Source of the DNA: the human T2T-CHM13v2.0 reference genome, Homo sapiens
NCBI RefSeq assembly: GCF_009914755.1
Contig: NC_060928.1
Strand: one strand, 5' to 3'
DNA: 64,000 bases
The number at the start of each line of letters is the position of its first letter. Position 1 is the first letter of the stretch. Made by a program: the position numbers and the translations under genes. The notes below the pieces were generated by a model, which was not told the DNA's origin, did not search any database, and saw only the letters and a list, made by a program, of their open reading frames with translations. This document shows positions 1 to 15,418 of this stretch, in pieces.

Positions 1-1000
1 AACTTCAAATAAGTTCATAAGGATATATTTGTCCTTCTCGTAACACCTGTCTTTTTGATATATACAAGTCGGGTATCTAGACAACTCTTTAATTCAACAA
101 ATTCTCATTTAAAAGCTCACATTGTCACTTTCCAAAGCACATCATTGATTAGGAAACATCTCAATTTAAGGAATGTTTCTAAGTCTTTTAATTTTATGAA
201 AGAAGGGAATTCAGGATCCAAACCCCTTTTCTGCCCTTTTGTAAAATTATATATTCAAAGTCATACATATGGGAGAGATCCAAAATACTTCTATCTGGCA
301 CGGCAAAGACTGAAATGACAATGAATATATTGATTGAAGGATGACATCTAATGCCATCCGTGAACAATTTTACCTAAAGTACTTGTCCAGCCAAAGTGCT
401 TGGCTGTATCTGTGGTAAAAATGGCTATCTAACCTCAACTTGAGGTGTGCTAGAAATAAGGTATTATTCATTTTATTTTATTGCTCAAATTAATTCATCT
501 TGGTATTTATTCTACTAAGCTGGTGGGAACTTTAATTTTATTTGCTTTCTAGTTTCTCTCCATTTCTTCAGAGTTGTGTCTAAGTTCTGAGGGGCTTAAA
601 ATATATCGGGGATCAGAAGGAATATATATAAATTTCACCAACTTCTGTGCAAGCAGCCATCCACCAAAAACGTATCTTCATGACTCATCCAAATGAGCCC
701 TTCAGGTCAGAGAATTTCTACATACTTCTGTGCTATAGCTGATGGACCAAGACCCACAGTTCTGTTCCAGCGCTCTTCTAGTGCAAGGGAAACCATGCAG
801 GTGATCTAATCACCCTCCCACAGCTACTCCTCTCTCCAGCGTCTGGCTCCAGCCTTGAGATTTGGACTTCAGCTCAATCCCTTTTGCTGCCAAGTTCTCC
901 AAACTTCTCAAGGATCTTGCCAGATCCTAGGACTCTGAGACCTTTCCATATCTACCCATCCTCTCTCAGGACAGCATTTTTTAAGTGAGAGATCTTTGCA

Positions 1001-1160
1001 TTTTTAATTTTTTTTAAATTTATTATTGTTATTTATTTATTACATAGTAATTGTAGGTACCTATGGGGTCCATGTGATACTGTGATACAAGTATACAACG
1101 TGTAACAATCAAATCAGGGTATTTAGGATATCCATTACCTCAAATATTTCTCATAGCTTT
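1001..1160 (-). mobile_element. Old L1 (L1MA-like) 3' end fragment
   Basis: T-rich tail, then 'atggggtccatgtgatac...aatcaaatcagggtatttaggatatccattacctcaaa', resembling the reverse complement of the L1MA 3'UTR. Confidence 0.7.
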
Positions 1161-1167
1161 GAGATAG

Positions 1168-1476
<309 letters not shown>

Positions 1477-1909
1477 GAGATAGCACATTTTTAAATGGAG
1501 GAAAAAAATGAAAAGAAGAGTGGAAGAATTGTGCTTTTTTTCAGGATGCTCTCAAGCAGCCTGTATATAGCTGGCATACGGAGAGCCCAAAGTGGGATAA
1601 GAATCTCAGAAGCTAAAGCCATGAAGGGCTTTTTTGTTCACTTTACAGCCTTCCAAATAGCAATGAGCACAGAACAGCATAACTTTTTAAGCAGGTAAAA
1701 GGGAGAATGGAAGAAATGCTGGGATGGAGGAAACATTGTTTAATATTTTCCAGCTACACAGTTAAGGGGCTTCAAATCTTTTTGAGTAAAAATGAATATA
1801 GGTAAATTAGTAAAAAAAAAAATAGCCCATATTGATTAAGTTAAGTAAATCTTATCACAGAGCATATTTGGGATGGTACAAAGATGAGGGGGAAAAAAAT
1901 GCAACACCA

Positions 1910-2203
1910 GGCCAGGGGCAGTGGAGCACACCAATATATAATGCCAGCACTTTGGGAGGCTGAGGCAGGAGGATTGCTTGAGCTCAGGAGTTTAAGACAG
2001 CTTGGGATTTGTAGTGAGACCCTATCTCTACAAAAAATAAGAAAATTAGCCAGGCATGGTGGCCCATGCCTGTAGTCCCAGCTACTCAGGAGGCTGATGT
2101 GAGAGGATTGATTGTGCCTTGCAGGTGGAGGGTGCAGTGAGCTGTGATCACAACTCCAGCCCGAGCAACAGAGTGAGACCCTGTCAAAAAAAAAACAAAA
2201 AAT
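1910..2203 (+). mobile_element. AluJ
   Basis: Dimeric Alu with J features ('ggaggattgcttgag', 'gagaccctgtc') and an A tail. Confidence 0.9.
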
Positions 2204-3840
2204 ACCCACCAAAACCAAATGCCACTAACCAATGTGATTAATCATTATAAATAGAAAAAATCCATTTCTTTGTATTCGTCAATTCCAGGCAACCCCTCTT
2301 TGCTGTCTTTTAGGTGTAATAAAAGTACTTTTTGAGAGGGAGAAAATTATTTAATATTAAGAGATATTTATTTTATTTTATCTCTAAGAAACAGGAAATA
2401 TTTTCTTACCATATGAACTTATTCAAACCAGAAAATTACTATGAATAGTAGGGAATTCTATTCAGAGAGAGTCAGAGTAAAATTGAGGGGAGATCCTGGA
2501 CCAGTCCCTTTGCCTTTCTCCTAATGGGACTCTTTGTGTTGCCTTTACCCTCTTCATCTGGCATGTGCAGAGTACATAGGAATGAGCTCCAAAACTGGAA
2601 GAGCCAAGTCTGTATAAACCTTTCTCTATGTTTTCTACAGAAATTGTTTTAATATTGTGAAGATGTTTGAGACATCGTTGGAATTTTCAAGTTTTTTTTT
2701 TTTAAAGTTGATCCAGAAAATGGTGAATTATAAAAGATGTCTCATCCTTTTAAAATTGCATCCCAAGACAACAGGGAGAACATAAAATAGAAAAGAAATT
2801 TTATATTGGATGAGATAAGGATTCACTGATAGTCAAAACTCATACAATATGGGCTACTGAGAAGACGGAAAATTTGACTACAGTGAGAGAACACACGGCC
2901 TACAAATGTGGTACAGTCCAGGACCCCTGGCTTGGAACTTCAAGAAAGAGATACGTGAACTGACTGCAGATACTATTCTAGACGCCTTCCTGTATTCCTC
3001 CTGACATCTTGATGTGGCAGGAGCAGCAGCTAAATTTGGAAATGTACAGAAAACACTACCTGCAAATGGGCTGTAATGCAGACACTTCAATAATCAGGAT
3101 CCCTGAAGCTTCTAATGTTCCTAAACAGCTGGAGGGCCTCCGAGTGAGCCAGGGAAAGTGTCTATGAGCCCAGACAACAGCCTGGCCCTCTACCAATGAT
3201 CCTTTACAAAATCGCTGGTCCAGGAAATTAAAAATATATTTTGTGTTTTCTTAATTATATAAGATTTCTAAAATATGTGTGTATGAAAAAGCTCAAAGGA
3301 ACAAAAATGAGAGATGAAAAATAAACCAAAAAAATTTGAGTAAAAACATGTCTAATAGCTTAAAAATAATAAAAATAGTGCATCTGAAAAATAAAGTTCA
3401 AAAAAGGTATAAAATGTGAGAAAGAATTAAGAAGACAACCAAAGAAATGCAAAATGGCAGGCAGAGTTTATGAACAAAATAGAAGAGAAAAGATAAAACA
3501 CTTCATGACAGCAATGAAGTCAACAAAATTTTAATTCGAGAAAACTTCATTGAAATAAAAAAATACACTTGAAATTGTAGATTAAAAGGGTACACCATAA
3601 GTCAGAAAATATTGCTACAGAATTTTCAGCTCCGATATATGTACTAGAAAAGCAATCTACTTATCAAGAAAAAAATAAAAAAGTAGTTTTGGCAATCCAG
3701 AAAAAAACAGTCACCATCTCTCTTTCAAAAATCAGGGTGGCCCCACACTTTTCACAGCAGTGTTTATTTCTGGGAAAAAATCAGAGCAATGCAGACAACA
3801 TCCTCAAGGGAAAAATCAAAATCATTACATAAGGAAAAAC

Positions 3841-4110
3841 TGCCAGGGGCGGTGACTCATGCCTGTAAACTTTGGGAGGTCAAGGCGGGCAGATCACTTG
3901 AGCCCAGGACTTCAAGACCAGGCTAGACAACATGGCAGAACCCCATCTCTAGAAAAAAATACAAAATTAGTCAGCCATGGTGACACATTCCTGTAGTCCC
4001 AGCTACTCAGAGGCTGAGGTGGGAAGATCGCTTGAGTCAGGGAGGTCAAGGCTGAAGTGAGCTGTGATAGTGCCACTGTACTCTAGCCTCTGTGATGCAG
4101 CAAGAACCTG
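3841..4110 (+). mobile_element. AluJ whose tail became a GAAA microsatellite
   Basis: Both Alu arms recognisable, small deletion in the left arm. Confidence 0.9.
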
Positions 4111-4187
4111 AAAGAAAGAAAAAAGAAGAAAGAAGAAAAAAGAGAAAAGAAAGAAAAGAAAGAAAGAAGAAGAAAGAAAGAAGGAAA

Positions 4188-4252
<65 letters not shown>

Positions 4253-4320
4253 AAAGAAAGAAAGAAAGAAGGAAAGAAAGAAGAAGAAAGAAAGAAAGAA
4301 AGGGAGGAAGGAAGAAAGGA
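4110..4320 (+). repeat. (GAAA)n-based pure purine tract, 211 bp
   Basis: No pyrimidine from 4110 to 4320. Confidence 0.97.
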
Positions 4321-4784
4321 TTACCTGGCTGTCTTATACATTTAAAGAGTGCAGAAAAATATTTTTAATGTATGCAACTTAGTAAAAGTGATCCACATGA
4401 TCTTTCTTTGAAACATGTATTCAAGGAAGAAGTTAAAATGCAAAATAAATTAATAGAGGTACTATGGTAACAACTGCTGACAGAGCGCATTCAATTCATT
4501 TAAATATAGGATGTAATCTAAAACAGCAGTTATGGTTATAGAACAGAATTTTACTGTTATAAACTGTGGCACTGTAGAAATAGTAAGGAAGGTTAGGATG
4601 TCAAAATACAGAGGACACATGAAGACGTACCCTGCTATCTTCATCTTTTTATAACTGAGACCAAAGAGAATTTAAAGCGATAAATCAAGTTATGTAGGAA
4701 TGAATGAAGTCTATAGTAGCTCTGTACTGTGCCATTTAACTACTAGAGCTAGATACTACAATTCTTTGTACACTTTTAGGCAAA

Positions 4785-5309
4785 TATTGGCCACAGGTAA
4801 AATTTGCATGAGCTTGGTAAGGCGTCTGGAGTTCCGCACAGGGCTCCGGGAAGAGCTATGTCATATTTGGCTCTTCCAGCTTACTTTGTTGACAGGGGGC
4901 TTCTGCTGAGCCTGTAGCTCTTTCAGCCCCTACAGGAGTTTCTCTTTCAGATTCGCCATGTCTTGGATAAGATGCATGTGCAGCTCTAGTGCAAAAAATA
5001 ACAGCTTCTTTTGCAGATCACCATGACATTGAGATTGGAGGTGGTGAGAGGCAGACGTAATGTTCAGCTTGTCCTTGTGAATTCCAGTGTATCCTTGCTC
5101 TTTCACTCTCATCCTATGCAGTTTTTCTTCCTGGTTGTTGGCCTTGCTGACTTACAGTGACTTCAGGCTCCTCAACAGTGTCAGAGGCAATGGCTTTCTT
5201 TCTAAAAATATCTTCACTATGTCTCACAATTACATAAAGTCTACTGCCTACAACAAATCCCTTATTCCATATCACACAGGTTCTGCAGCTCTGAATGAAA
5301 TTTGATACA
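4785..5309 (+). mobile_element. Old ERVL-class LTR, the probable 5' LTR of the fragmented ERVL
   Basis: 3' end 'aaatcccttattccatatcac...ggttctgcagctctg...tgataca' is typical of ERVL LTRs; ERVL internal sequence follows. Confidence 0.55.
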
Positions 5310-5320
5310 AAATTTATAAT

Positions 5321-5616
5321 TGTAATGGACTGAATGTGTGCCCCCAAAATTTATATGTTGAAACCCTAACCCCAATGTGACAGTATTTGGAGGATTAGTG
5401 CCGTAATAAAAAGAGAACAGAGAGCTAGCTAGCTCTCTTTCCACCACATGAGGACACAGCAAGAAGATGGCTTTCTGTAAAACAGGAAGGAGGTCTTCAA
5501 CAAGGACCTGACCATGCTGGCACTTCCAGCCTCTGGAATTATGAAAAACAAGTGTTTATTTTTTAAACCAACCAATCTATGGTAATTTGTTATAACAGCC
5601 CAAACTGACTAACACA
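5321..5616 (+). mobile_element. MLT1A-type MaLR LTR
   Basis: 'tgtaatggactgaatgtgtgcccccaaaatttatatgttgaaaccctaac...gttataacagcccaaactgactaacaca'. Confidence 0.85.
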
Positions 5617-5954
5617 GTAACAAACGTGGTTTCAGGGAAACAGAGCCTTAAATATGGGTTCTCTGAACAGGTTCTGTGTTTTCTCTAATCCAATCAAATT
5701 TAAAGGCATTAGTGACATTGCTGAAGGAAACTGGTATAGTCCATGTCATTCAAGGAGTTCATTTCTTAAAACAGCACCTCCAGAAACCTCTAACAAGTCC
5801 ATAGATGGCAGGGCTTAGGGTAACCAATAGTTACAATTATTGAACATTTTAGAAAAAAATAAAGAGTACAGTGGGGGTTGTTTGTGTACTTCTAAAGGCA
5901 CTATAAAAGGGGTGGGAAAAATCTTTAAAGCTTCAGGCTTTAAATTTCAAGCTC

Positions 5955-7837
5955 CATCTCAATTGCTGCAAAAAAAGCACTCGACAAAATCCAGCATCCC
6001 TTTATGCTTAAAATTCTTAGCAAAATCGGCATACAAGGGATATTCCTCAATGTAATAAAAGCCATCTATGACAAACCCACAGCCAACATAATACTGAATG
6101 GGGGAAAGTTGAAAGCATTCCCTCTGTGAACTGGAACATGTCCACTCTTACCACTCCTCTTTAACATAGTACTGGAAGTTCTAGCCACAGCAATCAGACA
6201 AGAGAAAGAAATAAAGGGCATCCAAACTGGTAAAGAGGAAGTCAAACTGTCGCAGTTTGCTGATGATATGATTGTTTAACTAGAAAACCCTAAAGACTCT
6301 TCTAGAAGGCTCCTAGAACTAGTAAAAGAATTCAGCAAAGTTTCCAGATACAAGATTAATGTACACAAATCAGTAGCGCTCTATATACCAACAGCAACAA
6401 AGCTGAGAATCAAATCAAGAACTAAACCCCTTTTACAACAGCTGAAAAACAATAAAATAAAATACTTAGGAATATACCTAACCAAGGAGATGAAAGACCT
6501 CTACAAAGAAAACTACAAAACACTACTGAAAGAAATCATAGACAACACAAACGAATGGAAACACATCCCATGCTCATGGATGGGTAGAATCACTATTGTG
6601 AAAATGACCACACTGCCAAAAGCAGTATCCAAATTCAATGCAATTCCCATCAAAATTCACCATCATTATTCACAGAATTAGAAAAAAAAATCCTAAAATT
6701 CATATGGAACCAAAAAAGAGCCTGCTTGCCAAAGCAAGACTAAGCAAAAAGAACACATCTGTAGGCACCACATTACCTGACTTCAAATGATATTATAAGG
6801 CCATAGTCACCAAAACAGCATGGTACTGATACAAAAACAGGCACACAGACCAATGGAACAGAATAGAGAAACCAGAAATAAACCCAAATACTTATAGCCA
6901 ACTGATCTTCAACAAAGCAAACAAAAACATAAAGTGGGGAAAGGATACCCTTTTCAACAATTGGTGCTGGGATAATTGGCTAGCCACATGTAGGAGAATG
7001 AAACTGGATCCTTGTCTCTCACCTTATGCAAAAATTAACTCAAGATGGATCAAGGACTTAAATCTAAGACCTGAAACTATAAAAATTCTAGAAGATAACC
7101 CTTTTCCAAGGTTGGAAAAACCCTTCTAGACATTGGCTTAGGCAAGGATTTCATGACCAAGAACCCAAAAGCAAATGCAATAAATATAAAGATAAACAGC
7201 TGGGACTTAATTAAATTAAAGAGCATTTGCACGGCAAAAGGCACAGTCAGCAAAGTAAACAGACAACCCACAGAGTGGGAGAAAATTTTCACAATCTATT
7301 CATCTGACAAAGGACTAATATTCAGAATCTGCAGCAAACTCAAACAAATCAGAAAAAAAAACTCATCAAAAAGTGGCTAAGTACACGAATAAATAATTCT
7401 CAAAAGAAGATATACAAATGGTTAACAAATATATGAAAAAAATGCTCAACATCACTAATGATCAGGGAAATGGAAATCAAAACCACAATGTGATACCATC
7501 TTACTTCTGCAAGAATGGCCATAATCAAAAAATCAAAAAATAGCAGATGTTGGTGTGGATGCAGTGAACAAGGAACACTTTGACACTGCTGGTGGGAATG
7601 TAAACTAGTACAACCACTGTGGAAAACAGTGTGGAGATTCCTTAAAGAACTAAAAGTAGAACTACCATGTGATCCAGCAATCCCACTACTGAGTTTCTAC
7701 CCAGAGGAAAGGAAGTAATTATACAAAAAAAAAAAGAGATACTTGCATACACATGTTTATAGCAGCACAATTTGCAATTGCAGAAATGTGGAACCAACCC
7801 AAATGTCCATCAATCAATGGGTGGATAAAGAAATTGT

Positions 7838-7886
<49 letters not shown>

Positions 7887-8242
7887 TACTCAGCCATAAA
7901 AAGGAATGAATTAATGGCATTCACGCTACCCTGGATGATATTAAAGACTATTCTTCTAACTGAAGTAACTCAGGAATGAAAAACCAAACATCATATGTTC
8001 TCATTCATAAGTGGGAGGTAAGCTATGAGGATGCAAAGCCATAAGAATGACACAATGGATTTGGGGGACTCAGAGGGAAAGGGTGGGAAGTGAGTGAGGG
8101 GTAAAAGACTACAAATAGGGTGCCATGTATACTACTCAGGTGATGGGTGCACCAAAATCTCATAAATCACCACTAAAGAACTTACTCATGTAACCAAACA
8201 CCACCTGCTCCCCAATAACCTATGAAAATTAAAAAAAAAAAA
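5955..8242 (+). mobile_element. 5'-truncated L1PB (L1PB1-like): 3' half of ORF2, 3'UTR and poly-A
   Basis: ORF2 peptides ([24 protein letters not shown]); L1PB 3'UTR 'gatgggtgcaccaaaatctc...ccactaaagaacttactcatgtaacc'; TSD tcaagctc at 5947-5954 and 8243-8250. Confidence 0.93.
7840..7885. repeat. (TA)23 microsatellite inside L1PB
   Basis: Perfect TA run. Confidence 0.97.
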
Positions 8243-8715
8243 TCAAGCTCAAGTTCTGGATAAGTGAATCTTCTATGATGACCCTAAAACAAACCATATT
8301 TCCTGTAGTTGAAGGGCTAATATTTCTTTAAACCAATATCAAAAAGTAAACTTTCAGGTGATTAACTTATGGTGCAAATTGAATTTCCAAACTCACAGGG
8401 TCTCTTATGCTAAAGTTAGAGCACTGATTAGGAAGGACAGGACCTCAAATATCAGGGCAGGTTCATTGAAGATTCTCATAAAGCCGAAACACCTGAAACC
8501 CTAAATTCTGCTGCCTTCTTTGCCAATGGTGGGAAAAAAAAGCACTTCCATTTCTATCTGAGAAAATTGATTTTCCCTTGCCTAAACTCTTACGGCCTCA
8601 CCTGTAAGGAAGTTGCCTTACAAAGGATTATATCCTTCTCTTAACCTACCTCCTCCATTTTTCATTGTTTCTAGACCTACAAGCAGACAAGTCTTAGATG
8701 ACGCCAGAGGGTAAA

Positions 8716-9577
8716 TGTGATACTGTGATGTAATAAAAAATATATATTTGGTTTCTGCCCCTGGGTCCTGGCACACAGCTCCTAAATTCTTGGAATTGGC
8801 AAAGTGCTAAGTGTCTTTTTGCATGCTAACAAGAAGACTGGATGAGGGCTCCTGGATAGTCTCTGGATGGAGGCTGGTTGTCAGGGGAATCAACAATGTG
8901 ATTAGATAGTGGAAACTTTCTGTCCCACTGGCAGTCCTCCAGGGAGGGATTAAGATTGTATTGAGGACCAATGGCCAATGAAGTAATCAATCATGCCTAT
9001 GATCAGTCACGTAATCAATCAATCTTCCATAAAAAACAAAAAGGACAGTGTCACGGCAGCTTCCAGATTGCTCAACACATGGAGTTCCCGGAGGGTGGTG
9101 CATCCTAGGAGGACAGGGGAGCTCCATCTCCACCCAATACCTTGCCCTATGCATCTCTTCCAGCTGATTGTTCATCTATATCCTTTGTAATATAATTTAC
9201 AGTAAACCAGTAAACATAAGTAAAGTGGTTTCCAGAGTTCTGTGAGCTGCTCCAGCAACTAATGCAACTCAGGAAGAAGGTAGTGGGAACCTCCAATTTA
9301 TAGCTGCTTGATAAGAAGCACAAGTCACAGTCTAGAGCTTGAAGCTGGCATCTGAAGTAAGGGACAGTCTTATGGGACTGAGCTCTTAGTATGTGGATCC
9401 AATGCTAACTCCAGGTAGATAGTATCAGAATTGAACTGAACTACAGAACACCCAGGCGGTGCTTGCCAGAGAATTGCTTGGTGTGTGAGGACAAACTCCT
9501 ACACATGTGGTGTCAGAAGTGTTGTGTTGAGTAATGTGTGAAAGAAGGATAAAACAGAATTTGGGTATTTTTTAATC
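8716..9577 (+). mobile_element. MER21-family LTR
   Basis: 'tgtgatactgtgatgtaataa...ctggcacacagctcctaaa...tgggactgagctcttag...ccaggtagatagtatcagaattgaa'. Confidence 0.8.
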
Positions 9578-9923
9578 GGGGAAAGTAGAAGTATGACCAG
9601 TAAGGAGGTCTAAAACACATCAGAGGAATTCAGGATTTTGACATTTTATATCAACAGAAATCTGGATAGCACTGAGGAGAGTGGGCCATAAGGATGCTGA
9701 GATGGAACAGGAACCCCTTATTGGGGGCCTGCTGGACAGCTATTCATTCAAGCATGAAAATAAAGGAAAATCTTGGGTACCTTCATGGCAAAGTCCAGAC
9801 ACCTAGCTAGCCTTGAAAAGTAAATTAGCAACCTGATAAGCAAGAAGTTAATAATAGCTTAAAACAATAACCAAGAATATTAAAATCATGAGATGTTTGA
9901 TTTCTTATAGAAACTAAAAACAA

Positions 9924-10188
9924 AGCCAAGCCAGGAGGATTGCTTAGGGCCAGGGGCTTTAGACCATTCTGGGCAACTAATGAGATCCAATCTCTCCAAA
10001 ATATAAAGTAGAAACATTAGCCAAGCATGGTGGTGTGCGCCTGTAGACCTAGCTATTCAGGAAGCTGAGTCAGGAGGATGGCTTGAGCCCAGGAATTTGA
10101 AGTTACAGCAAGCTATCATCAGGCCACTGTACTCCAGCCTAGGTGACAGAGCATGACCCTGTCTCTAAAGAAGAAAAAAAGAAGGAAA
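9924..10188 (+). mobile_element. AluJ, 5'-truncated
   Basis: Alu arms and A tail; TSD agaaactaaaaa on both sides. Confidence 0.88.
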
Positions 10189-10666
10189 GAAACTAAAAAT
10201 AACATCTTAACATATAATTCTGAGTCGTTTTCAGAAATGCAGATTACCACCAAATTAAAAATGCTGTCCATTGGCACATAGACTTTAGATAAGGGGGAGC
10301 TGAGGAATGAACTCCAACCACTATTCTGTGTTCTAAATTTCCTCCTGAGAAGCCGGAAGGAAGTCACCCCCACAGGTAGGATCTCAACATTCCTTTTGTT
10401 GACCCCAAATTTTTAGACAAAACTTCACCTCCTTAACCAGTTGCAAGTCAGAAAATCTATAACCTGTGGCTTCCACTTCAAGATGTCCCAATTTTTTAGG
10501 TCAAAGCAATGTATAGCCTCCATGCATAATTTATGACTTTTCCTGTAACCTCTGTCTTCCTGCCTTTTAAAAACTCCTCCCTGTAAGCCATTAGGGAGTT
10601 TGGGTCTGAAGCATTAGCTGCCCAATTCTCCTTGCTTAGTGCCCTGCAAGAAATGCCTCACTTTTT

Positions 10667-11238
10667 TCTTTTAACCTTTTAAGTTCAGAGGTACATGTGC
10701 AAGTTTGGTATATAGGTAAACTTGTGTCATGGGGGTTTGCTGTACAGATTATTTTATCACCTAGGTATTAAACCTAGTACCCATTAATTATTATTCCTAA
10801 TCCTCTCCCTCCTCTCACCCTCCACCCTCCAGTGGGCCCCAGTATCTTCTGTTCCCCTCTCGGTATCCATGTGTTCTCATCATTTAGCTCCCACTTATAA
10901 GTGAGAACGTGCTGGGATAACTGGCCAGCCATATGCAAACAATTGAAATTGAACCACTTCCTTACACCATATACAAAAATCAACTCAAGATGGATTAAAG
11001 ACTTAAGTGTAAAACCCCAAACTATAAAAACCCTGGAAGACAACCTAGGCAATACCATTTTAGACACAGGAACGGGCAAAGATTTCATGACAAAGCCACC
11101 AAAAGCAATTGCAACAGAAGCAAAAATTGACAAAGGGGATCTAATTAAACTAAAGAGCTTCTTCACAGCAAAAGAAACTATCAGCAGAGTAAAAAGACAT
11201 GAGAGAAATGCTTTCCCCACAGAATGAGGGAAAATTTT
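10667..11238 (-). mobile_element. L1PA insertion with 5' inversion (twin priming)
   Basis: 10667-10908 is the L1 3' end on -; 10909-11238 is ORF2 on + ([10 protein letters not shown]...NSRWIKDL); TSD tgcctcacttttt at 10654-10666 and 11239-11251. Confidence 0.9.
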
Positions 11239-11485
11239 TGCCTCACTTTTTCTCACTGCAATCCTGATGTCAGTGTTTGGCTTTGCTATGCCAGGCAGGC
11301 AGCTCCAAGTTCAATTTGGTAACAATGTTGGTCTAGGGGAAGAAATGCCATGTTGGACCAAGCTCAAATTATTAATATGGGCTCACTAGGGAGAGATTCC
11401 AGAACAACTAGGTCAGTAAGTGTCTGGAAGCAGCTCTAACATTTTACTAGGTCAGTTAACAGAAACTTGGAGCCAGTGGAAGCCT

Positions 11486-12045
11486 TGACAAAAATTCTCT
11501 CCTTGACCAAACTCTAGCCAAGCTCCTCTGAGCCCTCTTCCCAACTAGGCCTCAACCTTGGCTTATAAAGACTTGAGCAAATCACTAACATATTTTCTAA
11601 TCCCTCAAGGCCATCTCCCTAGAATGACTCTAGTCCCGCCCAAAGTACCCACATGAGAAAATACAAAGAGGCCAAAATAATTTACTGTTTCTTCCAACCA
11701 GCACCTGAAGATAGGGCTCCTGTCTCCCACTCTCTGTGGAACGTAGGAGCTTATAACTTCAATCAGGCCGGTTGTCAAACCCAGATAGGTTTCACATGGA
11801 CCAAGTGCCCATTCCTGCTTTTTGTAATTTTTCACTTCCCTGAATCTACTGAGCCTCTCTGCTCACTCTCCCCATTTGCTCATTCTCTTTAAAACACACA
11901 GTCACTGCCGTACAAATTGAAGTTATCTTCCATTCACACTGGATTCTTTTCCCTATTGCAGTAGTATATTACCAATTAAAATATTTTATCACTTTCACCA
12001 GTATGCAGCTGCTGATTTATTTATAATGTAGATTTATCTTTGACA
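11486..12045 (+). mobile_element. MER31/MER67-family ERV1 solo LTR
   Basis: Starts 'tgacaaaattctctccttgaccaaactctagcc', ends 'tttatctttgaca'. Confidence 0.8.
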
Positions 12046-12097
12046 GTGTATACTAAATAAAGTTAAAATGCTAGAACTCTCTTGATATATTGTAGAG

Positions 12098-13462
<1,365 letters not shown>

Positions 13463-14311
13463 AGGAAGGTTTTAAAGACTTAAGAAGATTGGAACGCCGG
13501 GGTAGATTTATAATGTATAATTAGTTCCCTCATTCTCCTGAGAAGATTAAGAAGATACAACCTTCACCAAGACTGTGAGAAATACATTTGTGAGGAGAGC
13601 GCCAGCATTGTTAAATAGCTGTGCTGGCCATTCTCAGTAGGCCAGAAATGACAGTGCTAACTGCTGCCCCAAGGTGGGCTCTCTAAATTTACTGATGACA
13701 GGATCCCATAGTGACTGCAGCCAAGTGCAGACACCCAATTATCAGAGACAAAGTGGGTATTTTTACTATAATGAACAACAGAGCCAAAGCAGTACTCAGA
13801 ATTGATTGGTCTAGAGGAATCTTTGACATTAGCTAATAGATTGTAGTGTCTCTATAACAGAAATAAATGGCTGCTTATTGAAGCATTGCTTGACTTCCAT
13901 AGAAGAAAAGCTCTAGATCTGGCAAATCCAAGTCTGATTTGAATTATCACAATAGGGAGCTGCAGCCCCACAAGCAAAATCCAGCACATTCATCAGTGAC
14001 AGACCCAGAGTCATCCAAACAGTTTCCTTTGGGGAAAGACCCTCTTTGCCAGCTGAAAACTAACACTGTCAATCTGTTTCCTAGCCTTCATTAAAAGAAT
14101 CTGTCACCATTTTCCAGGGTGACTATGCTTTGAGGAAAGTAAAATAAACAGGCTTTTAGAAGATAACTAAACACTGGCTTAAAATCATTAACCATAAATT
14201 TAAAAATCGACAAACTAAGCTATAGTAAAATTAGTATTTTCCGTTCATAAATGGCACCATTAAGCAAATAAAAATGCAAGTCACTGAGTAGGAAAGATAT
14301 TTGTAACACAT

Positions 14312-14793
14312 TGAAGGAAACCAAAATATTTCCCCAAAATATTGAGGATTGTTAATTTAAAGACATTAAAAACACAGGGGAACACTCCGCCTCAGCCTCT
14401 GTTTTCCTGATGGCAAAACATAAATCCTTTCATACTGGAAACAGCACTTGTTTATCAGCCCAGAGAAGACATCAAAGGCACCAGAAGAATCTGGGGACAG
14501 ATTTTACTACCTTCCCACATATTCCTACCTTTTCAAAGACTTGAACTGCTCTCTTCTTTGTCTTGTCACTACATAGAATTTATGGCTGTTTGTTAAAATA
14601 CTATTTAAGCAAGGTCTCGAAGCCATTGCCTTAAAAGAGAAATACTTTTGAACTGAGGCCTTTCCTACCTGATGGGCACACCATGCGTTAATTAACTTCT
14701 GTTTTTCTTGCATTAATATGACATTTGTTTTCACAAGAGTGTCTCAACTAAGAACCTAAAAAAGAAAAGAAAAGAAATTGTTTTCTCCCCACA
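14312..14793 (+). mobile_element. MER34/MER39-group ERV1 solo LTR
   Basis: Starts 'tgaaggaaaccaaaatatttccccaaaat', ends 'ttttctccccaca'; interrupts an old L1. Confidence 0.65.
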
Positions 14794-15096
14794 TCTTGAA
14801 ACCAACAAGGGGATCATATCCAGAATATATTAAGAACTATCAAAATGTTTAAAAAGATTGGCAAGGTACTGTTTTTCAGTTTGACAAGAGACCTGAACAG
14901 CCACTGACCCAAAGAGGTTCTTTAGATAGCCAATATATTTAAAAGAATGCAAACTCGTAAGTAATGAAAAGAAATAAAATTTCAATGAGATGCCACTACA
15001 TATTGACCAGAATAGTTAATTTTTAAAAAATACACAAATGTTGGCAAGAATATAGACGAGTGGTAATTTTATGTATGATCATAAAACCACCTTTGT

Positions 15097-15418
<322 letters not shown>

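Larger units (their letters stand above)
3300..4460 (+). mobile_element. Degenerate old L1/HAL1 ORF1-like segment, interrupted by an Alu
   Basis: A-rich; 'gaaaacttcattgaaataaaa...tagattaaaagggtacacc' and 'aatcagggtggccccacacttttcacagca...agagcaatg' resemble the ORF1 C-terminal region of old L1s. Confidence 0.45.
9698..11324 (+). mobile_element. ERV1 (MER4-group-like) solo LTR containing an Alu and an L1
   Basis: TG...CA termini ('tgagatggaacagg', 'tttggtaaca'); near-perfect 4-bp TSD atgc/atgt; ERVL resumes on both sides. Confidence 0.7.

Noticed and set aside
4092-4382. 96-aa K/E/R-rich ORF
   Set aside because: It is the translation of the GAAA microsatellite
6490-11256. L1 ORF2-like ORFs
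   Set aside because: Truncated, stop-interrupted L1 fossils
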